A model generated the notes under the pieces. The model had not been told where the DNA came from. It saw only the letters and a list, made by a program, of their open reading frames with translations, and did no database searches. Positions 48,120 through 57,555 of a stretch of DNA of 64,000 nt are shown piece by piece. The translations under genes were made by a program, and so were the position numbers. Each line of letters opens with the position of its first letter. Within the stretch, counting starts at the first letter, position 1. The DNA is from a virus, in IMG/VR virus record IMGVR_UViG_3300047409_000574, positions 62,256 through 126,255 of that record. The stretch is one strand, 5' to 3'.

Positions 48120-51100
48120 GTGTCCGACGACTTGACCCTTCACCCTCTGCTCGCTTGCTTCGTCGGTCGGCTCCAGGAGGCGGGCCTGGATCGGACTGGG
48201 GCGCTGGCGGTGGCGTGCACGAGCCTGGCCCGCTGGGAGAAGTCCGGGAAGGGCGATGCGGGGGAGCGTCTGCCGGAGCGGGCGCGGGCGCTGGTGAAGC
48301 GGGCGCTGTACGAGTTCGAGGGGCTGCACGGCTTCCACGATGGGCTGCTGGAGGCTGTGCGGGCGGTGGGGGATACACCGTTGACGCCGGAGGCTGCACG
48401 GGAGGTGGTGGAGGCTGCGACGACGCATGCGGCGCTGGCGCTCGGGCTGCTGGAGACGGTGCGGGATCGGGACGAGGTGGTGCAGGGCCGGGCGATGGAG
48501 ACGGCGGCGAAGCTGCTGAACCTGGAGTTCACCGGCACGGCGCAGGACGAGGTTTCGCGGATGCGCCAGGCGCTCGACCAGGCGTTGTGCGCCGACAAGG
48601 TTTTGATCGAGGGGATCGGCCATCGGTTCGAGGAGTTGCTGCATCCGCGTGGGCGGGGCGGCGAGTGGATCAAGGGTTTGCAGAAGCCGGGCGACAAGGG
48701 CGGCGGCGATCTGCCGCCGGAGGCTGGGAAGTTTTACAGCGCGCACGTTCAGGGTGCGCAGGCGAGGCTCAAGATTCTGCGTCCGCATCCGCGCAGACCG
48801 GGCTGGTGGGAGGCGGAGAATGTCACGACGGGCGGCCGGGTGCGCGTCACGCCGGACATGCTCACGCCGGAGTCGGGCGACAAGGGTGGCGGCGAGTCGG
48901 GCAAGCTCGACCGGGGCGCGCCGGTGCGGCTGCGCGGCGGCCCGAAGAAGTGGAGCGTGTTCGAGGATCACGGCAACGGCTACGTGACGATCTCTCACGG
49001 TCAGGCGTTCGACCAGGTGAAGAAGAAGGTGCTGCGTCGGGACTTGACTCCGTGGGGTGGCGACAAGGGCGGCGGCGGTGTTCGCAAGCAGATCACTCGG
49101 ATCAACCTCGTCCCAGGGGGCGAGGGAGACAAGGGCGATCCGGGCAGGCAGCGCACGGGCGACCCGAAGATCGACAAGCTGATCGAGGAGTTCCTGCGGA
49201 CGCCTATGGGCGACTGGACTAGCGACGACAACACCTACGAGGCGTTGCGTGATCCCGAACGCTCGCACGGTGCTTGCCAGGAGGTCACGGATCACTTTGT
49301 GGAGTTCGCGAAGGCGCGCGGCTTCAAGGCTTACTCCACGAACACCGACATGGAGGAGATGGGCTACACGCCGCAGATCAAGCCGTTCGGTGAGGTGGGC
49401 TTCGATGACCACGGCGAGATGCAGTACGGCTTCTATCCCGAGCACACGATCGCCACGATCGTTGTGGACGATCCCGCGTACAAGTACGGCCGCGAGTTCT
49501 ACATCGACTTCACCGCGAGCCAGTACGGGTACAAGGAGCATCCGAAGGTGACCGAGTCGCTCGACGAGGAGACCTACTGGCGGCTCTGCTCGGACGTGGT
49601 GGCGCTGCGCACGGTGATGCTGTTCGAGGCCGACGACCGGGAGCAGCGCAAGCTGCGGGCGAACGCCGCCGCGCTCGTCGAGCGGATGCGCTACCTCGCG
49701 CCGGGCGAGTTCGACGCGGTGCCACGGGTGACCGACGAGATGCTGGCCGAGTCGGTGGAGGTGACGTTCGAGCCGGTGCTCAACATTCTGTTCGAGGCCG
49801 GGCAGGCGTTGGCGGCCAAGCCGCCGCCGGTGAGTTCCGATCCGGTGACGCGGGCGCATCAGGTGACCGGGACGAAGCCGGGTGAGACCGGTGTGCCGAA
49901 CGCGGACTTCGAGAGAGTCCACCCTCGTTCGCGCGGGGGCGTGTTCGCGAAGAAGGGCGACGGGCTGGGGGCGCAAGCGTCGAACCCTACGGTGAAGCAG
50001 TTGCAGGCCCGCCTGTCGGCGATGGGCTACCGGGTGGTGCAGGACGGCCAGTTCGGCACGGTGACCGAGCAGGCGGTCAAGGCGTTCCAGAAGGATCACG
50101 GGCTGCCGGAGTCGGGGCATGCGGATGCGCGGACGGCGGCGGCGATGCGTGATCCGGGCGCGGGCGTGCACAACCGGCAGACCGCGGGCACGGCTGCTGG
50201 AACGGCTGCTGGAAAGAAGGGTTCCAGTAGCGCTTCGAGTAGCTCGACCGGTGTGTCGCTCGGCAAGGCGGGGATGTTGCGCCGCGGGGACGGGATGGGG
50301 CCGGGCGCGAAGCCGTCGAACGAGGTGGCGGTGCTCCAGCAGACGCTCGACTCGATGGGCTACGAGGTCGGGGTGGGCGGCGCGGACGGCCGGTTCGGGG
50401 AGGACACGCAGGCGGCGATCGAGATGATCCAGCGGCGGTACGGGCTGCGGGTGGATGGGGTGGTGGGGTCGCAGACCGCCGACCTGATCCACCGGCTGAT
50501 GACTGCGCGGGCGAAGCAGGGCAGGCAGGACGGGCAGTTGTCGGTGGACGAGATGCCGTCGAAGGGCGTGACGCCGAACAAGGTTCCGAAGGGCACGTCG
50601 GGCCGGAGGGCGGCGAAGAAGAAGGCTGCGCCGAAGCTACCGAAGCAGGTGACGGTGGCGGCTGCACCGGCGGCTACGGGGGGTCAGAGTTTGAGCGCGG
50701 GTTCGCGCCTACAGCATGCGGCATCTACCGCAGAGGAGGAGCAGGACATGGAGGACGTGGCGCTCGTCGAGGTGACCTTTGATCCATCGAAGCACGCACG
50801 CGGGCGGGGCGGCAAGTTTGCGGAGATGCTCGGGCATGCAGCCGAGGCGTGGAAGTCGGGCAAGGCGTATCTCGACAACTCGGGGAACTACCGGCTCAAG
50901 AGTGAGGGGGGGAACAGTCGCAGAGGTCAGGTCGCGCCGTGGAACAAGGCGGTCAAGTCTGCGTTCCCGAAGCACGACGACTTCGCGCGTGCGATCGACC
51001 CTGCCGCCGCCAAGTCACACGATGAGGCGATGGCGCGACTGAACAGGTTCGAGGTGAAGTCGGTCGGTGGGGAGCACCATGTGATCGACAACCAGGATGG

Positions 51101-54100
51101 CGGTCGGATCGTTGCGAAGCACAAGTCGTTCGCGGGCGCGCGGAAGAAGGCGCAGAAGTTGGGCGACGCGCAGCCGGGCGGGCGCGACGAGCAGGAAGCG
51201 AAGTGGCGCGAGATTCGCGGCGAGCAGCCGCGCAGTCCTGCGACGACGCGCTTGCAGTCGGATGCGATCGACCGGAGCCGTCGGGTGCACAACGCGAACG
51301 TCGCGAAGGACGAGGCTGCGGCGGGCAAGTGGCATGGACAGGATGTGTCGAGCGGCAAGCTCGTGCCGGTAGAGGAGATGCACCTCCTGTCGGATGAGCA
51401 GGTGCAGCAGTTGATCGACCGGGCGACCAATCCCAGGACGCAGCAGGCTCCGGCGGAGTGGGCGTCGGCGGTCGCGCGCGAGGCGAACAAGCGGAAGGCC
51501 AAGTTGCGGGAGGCGAGCTTCTCCTCTGGCGGGTTCGACACGAACTCGCCGGTGCAGCAGAAGTCCGGCGGGGTCAACGGCCTGAACGGTGGCGGCGCGA
51601 ACGGCGAGGCGCTGCCGGGCGGGCGCACGTCGGGCACCGATGACGTGTGGGGTGGCTCACGGGCGACGAGGCCGCCTGGTCTGCGCGAGTCACCGGCCGA
51701 CAGCTTCGCATCGTGCGCGACGTGCGTGCATCACAACGGGGCGCGGCTGTGCGCGCTCTACAGCGCCGGGACTGACCCGGACGATCTCTGCGACTCGTGG
51801 TTCACGCTGACGCCGGTCGAGGCGCGGACGACGGCGACGATGCTGCTGGCACGGTTCGACCGCGGCGAAGGCGGGCAGGTGGATGAGGCCGCGCGCGCCG
51901 ACCTGATCCGGGACGGGTGGGCACGGCTTGAGGAGAGCGTGCTTGACTTGCCCGAGACCGCGTCGGTGGCGCGCGGCATGCTCTCGCAGGGGGCCACGGT
52001 CGCCCAGGCGCGCGTCGAGGCGACGCAGGTGGTCGCCCGGCGCGTGCTTGACCGGGAGCGCCGTGGTTTGTTCGGCCATGATCTGGAGGAGGCCGCCGGG
52101 GCGAAGAAGGTGAAGTGCCCGAAGTGCGACACGGTGCAGGCGGCGACGAACAAGGCGTGCGTGAAGTGCGGGAAACCGATGCAGGGGATGGGCGGCAAGC
52201 TGAACGAGTCGCTGCTCAACGCGGCCGGTGGTGTGCTCGACGACTGGCTGGCCGAGAGCACGCTGACGGCGGAGGCACGGAAGAAGCTGCCGAAGGACGC
52301 GTTCGCTGTCCCGCCGGACAAGTACCCGATCCACGATGAGGCGCATGCGCGGAACGCGCTCGCGCGGGTGGCGCAGCATGGTTCGCCGAAGGAGAAGGCG
52401 ATGGTTCGGCGGAAGGTCAAGCAGCGGCATCCGAAGATCGTGCAGGAGGCGCTCGACCTGATCGCGTGCGAGGTCTGCGCGCTCGACGAGGATTCGCAAG
52501 GGCTGGCCTGGTCGTTGTTGGAGGCGGCTGACTCGATGGTCAAGGCGACGGTGCACGAGCCGGTCGGCAAGCCGGGCGGGAAGGGGCTGTGGGGCCACAA
52601 GGGGATGCAGCTTCCGGCGTACATCCAGCACATCGCGAACGATCTGCGTGAGAAGCGCGGCATGACTACATCGCGGGCGGTCGCGACGGCTATCGCGGCG
52701 GTGAAGCGGTGGGCGGTCGGTGGCGGCAAGGTTGATGCGACTACGCACGCGGCGGCGATCAAGGCCGTCGCGGAATGGGAGGCGCTCAAGGCCGCATCGC
52801 ATGCGCATCTCAAGGAGTCGGGTGTGTTGAGCGAGGCGGGCATGGTGATCCACTTCGACCCGCATCTGCATCCGCGTTCGCGCAAGGGCGAGTTCATCGA
52901 CGTGCTGGGCAGGCTGATGCAGGGCCATCGCGGCGGCGAGGTGACCTTGCCGCACGGGGTGAGTGTGCGCAAGCAGGGCGGGCTGCTGGTGGTGCGCGAC
53001 GGGGGCGGCCCGGCGGGGGTGTATCGCAACCCGGCCAAGGCGGCGGCGAAGGCGCTCAAGCAGACGGGTATCCCGTCGCCGAAGCACACGAGCGCGGACA
53101 TGGGGATTCGCACGCCCCGGTTCGCGATCGCGTTCGACAAGGGCGATCCGAGCACGCCGGGCTGGACGAAAGTGGAGGCGGCGACGGGCAGGTTCCCGGC
53201 GCATCACCGGACGTTGCCGAACGGCCGCTCGGAGATGTTGACGAAGCTGCCGGGGGAGGATCACTGGCGGCACATCGGCATGACCCGGACGGGGAACGTG
53301 GATGCGTTGCGGGCGGTGCCGGACGCGGAGGCGCGGCAGATGATCGCGGGGGAGCAGGGCGGTCATGTGGTGCATCTCCAGTCGGTGGGCTTGCATCCGG
53401 CGAAGCCCGCGTCGGAGTTCGTGCCGGGCGATCATGTGGTCTACAACTTTGGTGTCACGGGCGAGGTGACGAAGGTGGAGCCGAAGGGCAACTCGGTGGC
53501 GCTTACGACGCGCAGCGCGGACGGGAGGGAGTTCACGTCTACGAAGCGCGGCTCGACGTTGTTGGGCCATTCGCTGCGTTCGTACAACGGGGCGGAGAAG
53601 GGCGGCGGCGAGTTCCGCGTGTCGTGGTATGACGGCCGTCCGCCGGAGGGCCACACGTGGGGGGTCGGCGACAAGGCGTTCTGGAACGGCCGGAACGTGG
53701 AGATCATCAGCAAGCTCGGGACGGTTTCGGGTGCGGAGCAGAACTACGGGATCAAGTTCGAGGACGGGCATGTGAACTGGGCGAAGCACAGCGAGCTTTC
53801 GCTGCCGTACACGGGCGACAAATCAGGTGGCCGGGGCGGCTCGTGGGGCGACACGGAGGGCGGCCAGGACGCGACGCGTGGCAGGGAGGCTCCGATCCGC
53901 TCGGGCGCGCAGCCGATTCCTGCGGCGACGTTGAGGGGCGGCGGCCTGGATGAGATTCGCCACACGGTCGTCTATCGCAAGCAGGACGGCTCGTACAGGG
54001 AGACGGGCGTCAGCGCGCGGGACTCGAATCACGCGCGCGAGCTTGCGGCCCGCATCATCCCGGAGAACGCCACGATCACCCAGGCGTTCCCGGAGAGCGA

Positions 54101-55283
54101 CTCGACCAAGTCGGTCGGCGAGATGACCGACGTGGAGCTTCGGACGGCGCTTGGCACGATCAGCGACAGGCTGGTGATGCATGCGCAGAGCGGCGATCGG
54201 CAGGGCGCGAATGCGGCGACGATTGTCAGCGGGCAGATCACGCAGGAGATGGAGCGCAGGCGCGGCGACGAGGCGCAGGCGCAGGCGCAGGCGCTTGCGA
54301 ATCGGATGGCGTGGGGCGAGAAGGGCGGCGGCAGCTACGCGCAGCAGGCCGAGACCGAGATGTGGGATGCGATTGCCGGGCAGGACGCGAGGCCGGTGGT
54401 CGCTTCGCCGCCGCTTCCCGATGCAAGCGAGTTGAAGCACATGTCGGACGCTCAGATCACGGACTTGGTCGAGCGAGTGATCCCGCAGGCTCGTGGCGCT
54501 GTCCACGATCAGAGCGTGCCGGGCGAGTTCCGCCAGAAGCTCGCGGCCGAGGCGAACAAGCGCAACACGCGTCGCTACCAGGGCGGCGGCGGCGACAACG
54601 TGGAGGCGCAAGGGACGATGAAGCCGACGCTGACCTCTGGGGGGTTCAGTCAGAACGCTCCGGGCTACGGCTCGCGCGGCTACGAGACGCCGAAGGGTCG
54701 GGTGACGTTGTCTCTCAACTCGATCCCGAAGGAGTGGATGATCGAGCACGGCTACGCCGTCAAGACCGAGCACAAGGCGACGGCTGCGTGGGCCGGTCGT
54801 CAGCCGAGCAAGGCGTACACCTCGATCGACTACAAGACGGGTCTCGACGTGGAGCGCGTCTGGATGCACTACCTCACCGGCGCGGTGCCGAAGAACCCAC
54901 TGGAGGGGACGAACAAGGCGGCGCAGTTCCGCTACACGGGCAAGGGCGGCACGAAGGCGACGCGTGCGGCGCTGGCGCGCAGGCTGACTGAGGCTTCGCT
55001 TCCAGCGCTGGCGGTTGTGCTCGGGCTGACCGAGTACCGCCAGCATGCGATCGTCGGACGGCTCGATCGGATCGAGGACACGGCGGTGACGATGGTGCGG
55101 CTGCCGGTGGCGGAGTTCATCGTCGAGGCCCGCGCCAGCGACAACGATCTGGTGGCGGCGACGGTCGAGGTGCTGCGCGGTCGGCTGGCGGAGGTGGCCC
55201 CGGACGCTGACCGGCGGCTCCAGGAGGCGGCCCCTGGGGATGAGAGGAAGCTCTACGCGACGATTTGCGGGGCGCTCGCGTAG
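48120..55283 (+). CDS. Giant 2387-aa head-associated polyprotein: 4 HPR tags, papain/transglutaminase-like domain, 2 peptidoglycan-binding domains, zinc ribbon, head-accessory-like and SH3-like domains
   Basis: Tags at 48642, 49920, 50793 and 52869. GACQEVT..EHTI..YIDFTASQY (C-H-D). LQARL..DGQFG..TEQAVKAFQ and LQQTL..DGRFG..DGVVG. ARKKLPKDAFAVP..YPIHDEAHARNALAR. More than 15 [LIV]xE[AS] sites. Confidence 0.8.
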   Translation: MSDDLTLHPLLACFVGRLQEAGLDRTGALAVACTSLARWEKSGKGDAGERLPERARALVKRALYEFEGLHGFHDGLLEAVRAVGDTPLTPEAAREVVEAATTHAALALGLLETVRDRDEVVQGRAMETAAKLLNLEFTGTAQDEVSRMRQALDQALCADKVLIEGIGHRFEELLHPRGRGGEWIKGLQKPGDKGGGDLPPEAGKFYSAHVQGAQARLKILRPHPRRPGWWEAENVTTGGRVRVTPDMLTPESGDKGGGESGKLDRGAPVRLRGGPKKWSVFEDHGNGYVTISHGQAFDQVKKKVLRRDLTPWGGDKGGGGVRKQITRINLVPGGEGDKGDPGRQRTGDPKIDKLIEEFLRTPMGDWTSDDNTYEALRDPERSHGACQEVTDHFVEFAKARGFKAYSTNTDMEEMGYTPQIKPFGEVGFDDHGEMQYGFYPEHTIATIVVDDPAYKYGREFYIDFTASQYGYKEHPKVTESLDEETYWRLCSDVVALRTVMLFEADDREQRKLRANAAALVERMRYLAPGEFDAVPRVTDEMLAESVEVTFEPVLNILFEAGQALAAKPPPVSSDPVTRAHQVTGTKPGETGVPNADFERVHPRSRGGVFAKKGDGLGAQASNPTVKQLQARLSAMGYRVVQDGQFGTVTEQAVKAFQKDHGLPESGHADARTAAAMRDPGAGVHNRQTAGTAAGTAAGKKGSSSASSSSTGVSLGKAGMLRRGDGMGPGAKPSNEVAVLQQTLDSMGYEVGVGGADGRFGEDTQAAIEMIQRRYGLRVDGVVGSQTADLIHRLMTARAKQGRQDGQLSVDEMPSKGVTPNKVPKGTSGRRAAKKKAAPKLPKQVTVAAAPAATGGQSLSAGSRLQHAASTAEEEQDMEDVALVEVTFDPSKHARGRGGKFAEMLGHAAEAWKSGKAYLDNSGNYRLKSEGGNSRRGQVAPWNKAVKSAFPKHDDFARAIDPAAAKSHDEAMARLNRFEVKSVGGEHHVIDNQDGGRIVAKHKSFAGARKKAQKLGDAQPGGRDEQEAKWREIRGEQPRSPATTRLQSDAIDRSRRVHNANVAKDEAAAGKWHGQDVSSGKLVPVEEMHLLSDEQVQQLIDRATNPRTQQAPAEWASAVAREANKRKAKLREASFSSGGFDTNSPVQQKSGGVNGLNGGGANGEALPGGRTSGTDDVWGGSRATRPPGLRESPADSFASCATCVHHNGARLCALYSAGTDPDDLCDSWFTLTPVEARTTATMLLARFDRGEGGQVDEAARADLIRDGWARLEESVLDLPETASVARGMLSQGATVAQARVEATQVVARRVLDRERRGLFGHDLEEAAGAKKVKCPKCDTVQAATNKACVKCGKPMQGMGGKLNESLLNAAGGVLDDWLAESTLTAEARKKLPKDAFAVPPDKYPIHDEAHARNALARVAQHGSPKEKAMVRRKVKQRHPKIVQEALDLIACEVCALDEDSQGLAWSLLEAADSMVKATVHEPVGKPGGKGLWGHKGMQLPAYIQHIANDLREKRGMTTSRAVATAIAAVKRWAVGGGKVDATTHAAAIKAVAEWEALKAASHAHLKESGVLSEAGMVIHFDPHLHPRSRKGEFIDVLGRLMQGHRGGEVTLPHGVSVRKQGGLLVVRDGGGPAGVYRNPAKAAAKALKQTGIPSPKHTSADMGIRTPRFAIAFDKGDPSTPGWTKVEAATGRFPAHHRTLPNGRSEMLTKLPGEDHWRHIGMTRTGNVDALRAVPDAEARQMIAGEQGGHVVHLQSVGLHPAKPASEFVPGDHVVYNFGVTGEVTKVEPKGNSVALTTRSADGREFTSTKRGSTLLGHSLRSYNGAEKGGGEFRVSWYDGRPPEGHTWGVGDKAFWNGRNVEIISKLGTVSGAEQNYGIKFEDGHVNWAKHSELSLPYTGDKSGGRGGSWGDTEGGQDATRGREAPIRSGAQPIPAATLRGGGLDEIRHTVVYRKQDGSYRETGVSARDSNHARELAARIIPENATITQAFPESDSTKSVGEMTDVELRTALGTISDRLVMHAQSGDRQGANAATIVSGQITQEMERRRGDEAQAQAQALANRMAWGEKGGGSYAQQAETEMWDAIAGQDARPVVASPPLPDASELKHMSDAQITDLVERVIPQARGAVHDQSVPGEFRQKLAAEANKRNTRRYQGGGGDNVEAQGTMKPTLTSGGFSQNAPGYGSRGYETPKGRVTLSLNSIPKEWMIEHGYAVKTEHKATAAWAGRQPSKAYTSIDYKTGLDVERVWMHYLTGAVPKNPLEGTNKAAQFRYTGKGGTKATRAALARRLTEASLPALAVVLGLTEYRQHAIVGRLDRIEDTAVTMVRLPVAEFIVEARASDNDLVAATVEVLRGRLAEVAPDADRRLQEAAPGDERKLYATICGALA

Positions 55284-55287
55284 TGGT

Positions 55288-55350
55288 CTAGCTCGGGCCG
55301 GGTGCGTTCTGGGGACTAGAGACCTCCTGGGTTAGCCCGGCCCGAGCTAG
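55288..55350 (+). terminator. Long inverted repeat after the giant gene
   Basis: Perfect 15-bp arms CTAGCTCGGGCCGGG (55288-55302) and CCCGGCCCGAGCTAG (55336-55350). Confidence 0.6.
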
Positions 55351-55356
55351 TGAAGC

Positions 55357-55434
55357 AAGCAGAGTTTCCTTCGAGGTGCTACACTTCGGGCGAGGGGATC
55401 GACCATCCCCCGTGTGTAGACCAGGAGGTAGCAG
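55357..55434 (+). promoter_or_regulatory. Promoter-hairpin-SD cassette, copy 4
   Basis: AAGCAGAGTTTCC-N10-TACACT; stem GGGGA/TCCCC; loop TCGACCA; GTGTGTAGACC; GGAGGTAG; ATG at 55435. Confidence 0.85.
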
Positions 55435-56241
55435 ATGGCGTTCTTCAAGATCAGGGTTGAGCTTCTCGACGCGGATGGCCGTGTCGTCGAGACCGATTGG
55501 GCAAACGGCAACACGGATCGCACCGTCAAGGCTGCGGCCGAAGCTCTCGGCAACCAGATGCAGAGCGCGCACGATGACACGCATCCCGTCACGACCGTGC
55601 GCCTTGGTCGCAGGGTGAAGGGCTAGTCATGCCGACACTCTGGGTGACCTGGGGCGGCTCGAAGGTGGCGCATGCCGCCGATCGGGCGGTCAAGCTGGTG
55701 GACGTTCGTTCGGGCAGCTTCCCGCTCGCGTGTGGCAGGTTCGCACCGGACGGCTGGGACAAGAATCTGCGCGAGGACGTGGGCAACTACAAGCCTCGCT
55801 GCAAGCGCTGCGTGAAGGCGGTGGCGTCAGGTGGTCACTGAGCAGGTCAAGCGGGTGTCGGCTGCGCTGCGTGCGGTTGGCTTCAAGCGTGGGGAGTTCT
55901 CGTGCCGGGCGGAGCGCAAGCACAAGCGCGATCGGAGCAACGGCGGTCGGCGCTACATCGAGTTCGGCCCGGCGTGCGCAACGTTCCACTACAACAGCCG
56001 CGACCCCGAGCGGACGTTGGAGCACCGGGCGCTGGCGGCGGCCCCGGCGCTGGTCGAGTTGGGCATGGTTGTCCAGGTGTTCACGAGGGGCGGCGTGCTG
56101 GAGTTCGTGACGGTGCGCGAGCCGGACTACCGCGAGACACCGACGGTGTACGAGCGCGACCTGGCGCTCCCGTGGGACGACCCCGAAGCCACCAAAGTTT
56201 GCTACACTGAGGGCGAGAGGCAGACCACCTCTCGTGTGTAG
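55435..56241 (+). other. Three small hypothetical genes (55435-55626, 55629-55841, 55831-56241)
   Basis: Coupled ORFs after cassette copy 4. The last ORF ends inside cassette copy 5. Confidence 0.6.
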
Positions 56242-56261
56242 ACCGATCAGGAGGTAGACCA
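56188..56261 (+). promoter_or_regulatory. Promoter-hairpin-SD cassette, copy 5
   Basis: GCCACCAAAGTTTGC-TACACT; stem CGAGAGG/CCTCTCG; loop CAGACCA; GTGTGTAGACC; GGAGGTAG; ATG at 56262. Confidence 0.85.
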
Positions 56262-56603
56262 ATGTGGGCATCAGCGCAAGAGGCGGCAGAGAGATTCCTC
56301 GCCGAGACGTGTGAGGCCAAGCCCGCCGACAAGGACGACATTCGCTTCGAGCACGGTGTGTTCGCCGACGGCATGGAGGAGACACCGTTCTGGCTGCACC
56401 TGATCGACGACACCGGCACGATCGTGGAGCGCCACGTGTTCGCGACTGAGGCCGAAGTCTGGAGCCTGATCGAGTCGTTCCGTTACGCGCAGGCCCGGCG
56501 GGAGGAGGCGGCCCGGCTGGGTGTGCATCCACTGGAGATCGAGTTCGCGCCGTTCGGCCCGGCCTGGCTGGCGGAGCAGGAAGATCGCAGGAGGGGGTTC
56601 TGA
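56262..56603 (+). CDS. Hypothetical protein
   Basis: First gene after cassette copy 5; acidic, high GC3. Confidence 0.65.
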   Translation: MWASAQEAAERFLAETCEAKPADKDDIRFEHGVFADGMEETPFWLHLIDDTGTIVERHVFATEAEVWSLIESFRYAQARREEAARLGVHPLEIEFAPFGPAWLAEQEDRRRGF

Positions 56604-57007
56604 TGGACGACTTCTGGGCTGGCGCGGAGATCATCAGCCGCTACTCGCGTGCGCAGGCGATCGACGACGGCGTGCTCGTGGATGTGTCGGAGCAGGCGCG
56701 CGAGTCGGGGTTCACGGTGCCGTTCGCGATGACACGGACGGTCTGGCATCTCGTCGATCCGACGCAGGCGGAGATTGCGGACTGGGGCCAGTCGGTCGCC
56801 GGTCGGCTCCACGATGTGTTGTGGATGGCGCACCTGGCGATCAAGGCCAGCACCGGCGGCACGGAACTGATCTACGAGGTGATCTTCCAGATGCGCGACC
56901 GGTCGGAGTTCCGCTCGGGTCAGCGCAAGGTGGCGCTCAAGCTGCACTCGGGGCCGGGCGACGAGGGCGAGCACGTGATGACGCTGATGTTGCCGGAGGA
57001 GGACTGA
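56603..57007 (+). CDS. DUF6573-like protein
   Basis: IISRYSRAQAIDDGVLVDV..GRLHDVLWM..GPGDEGEHVMTLMLPEED. Confidence 0.75.
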   Translation: MDDFWAGAEIISRYSRAQAIDDGVLVDVSEQARESGFTVPFAMTRTVWHLVDPTQAEIADWGQSVAGRLHDVLWMAHLAIKASTGGTELIYEVIFQMRDRSEFRSGQRKVALKLHSGPGDEGEHVMTLMLPEED

Positions 57008-57555
57008 TGGCCCGCCTGCTGGTCGGCCACTTCATTCACCTGCCGCACATGGGCCAGAGGAACGTGGTGCGGCGCAAGGCGCTCACGCTCGACGTGACGT
57101 TCGAGGACGAGCGGCTGGCGATCATGGGTGCGATCTGGCCGGGGCCGAACCCGGAGACCCGCCACGACATGGAGAGCGGCGGTCAGATCATCGAGGAGGT
57201 CTCGCGCATCTTCCACATCGAGGAGGAGGAGGCGATGACCTACGGCGGCTTCGTGTACGCCGACGGCTGGGATCGCGCGAAGCTCGCGAAGCTCGTGGCG
57301 ATCTGGCGGCTCTACCACCTGAACGATATGCAGGCCGGATGCGAGCACCAGCGTGCGCTCGGCTGGAGCAGCACGGAGACGCATGTGGACTACGGCGGGG
57401 GGCGCGAGGACATGGTGGGGGTGCCGTGCCCGATCTGCGGTTACGAGTTCGGGTCGGCGTGGCTGTTCACGCCGGTGCCGACGGAGGTGCGCGAGTTTAT
57501 CGAGCCGCTGCTGCTTCAAGGTTCCACATCCGATCCACAACAACAGAGGAGCTAG
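57007..57555 (+). CDS. Conserved-looking phage protein with Cys/His motif
   Basis: WRLYHLNDMQAGCEHQ..CPICGYEFGSAW. Confidence 0.7.
   Translation: MARLLVGHFIHLPHMGQRNVVRRKALTLDVTFEDERLAIMGAIWPGPNPETRHDMESGGQIIEEVSRIFHIEEEEAMTYGGFVYADGWDRAKLAKLVAIWRLYHLNDMQAGCEHQRALGWSSTETHVDYGGGREDMVGVPCPICGYEFGSAWLFTPVPTEVREFIEPLLLQGSTSDPQQQRS

Noticed and set aside
49990-50480. Endolysin call from the peptidoglycan-binding domains
   Set aside because: The domains are internal to the 2387-aa protein, with no adjacent amidase or glycosidase domain and no holin context.
47520-55046. Long minus-strand ORFs (for example 47520-50492 of 990 aa, 51690-53789 and 53823-55046; likewise 11608-13188)
   Set aside because: Antisense shadows of high-GC3 + strand genes. 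They are R/L/H/P-rich with no motifs, and the whole region codes on the + strand.
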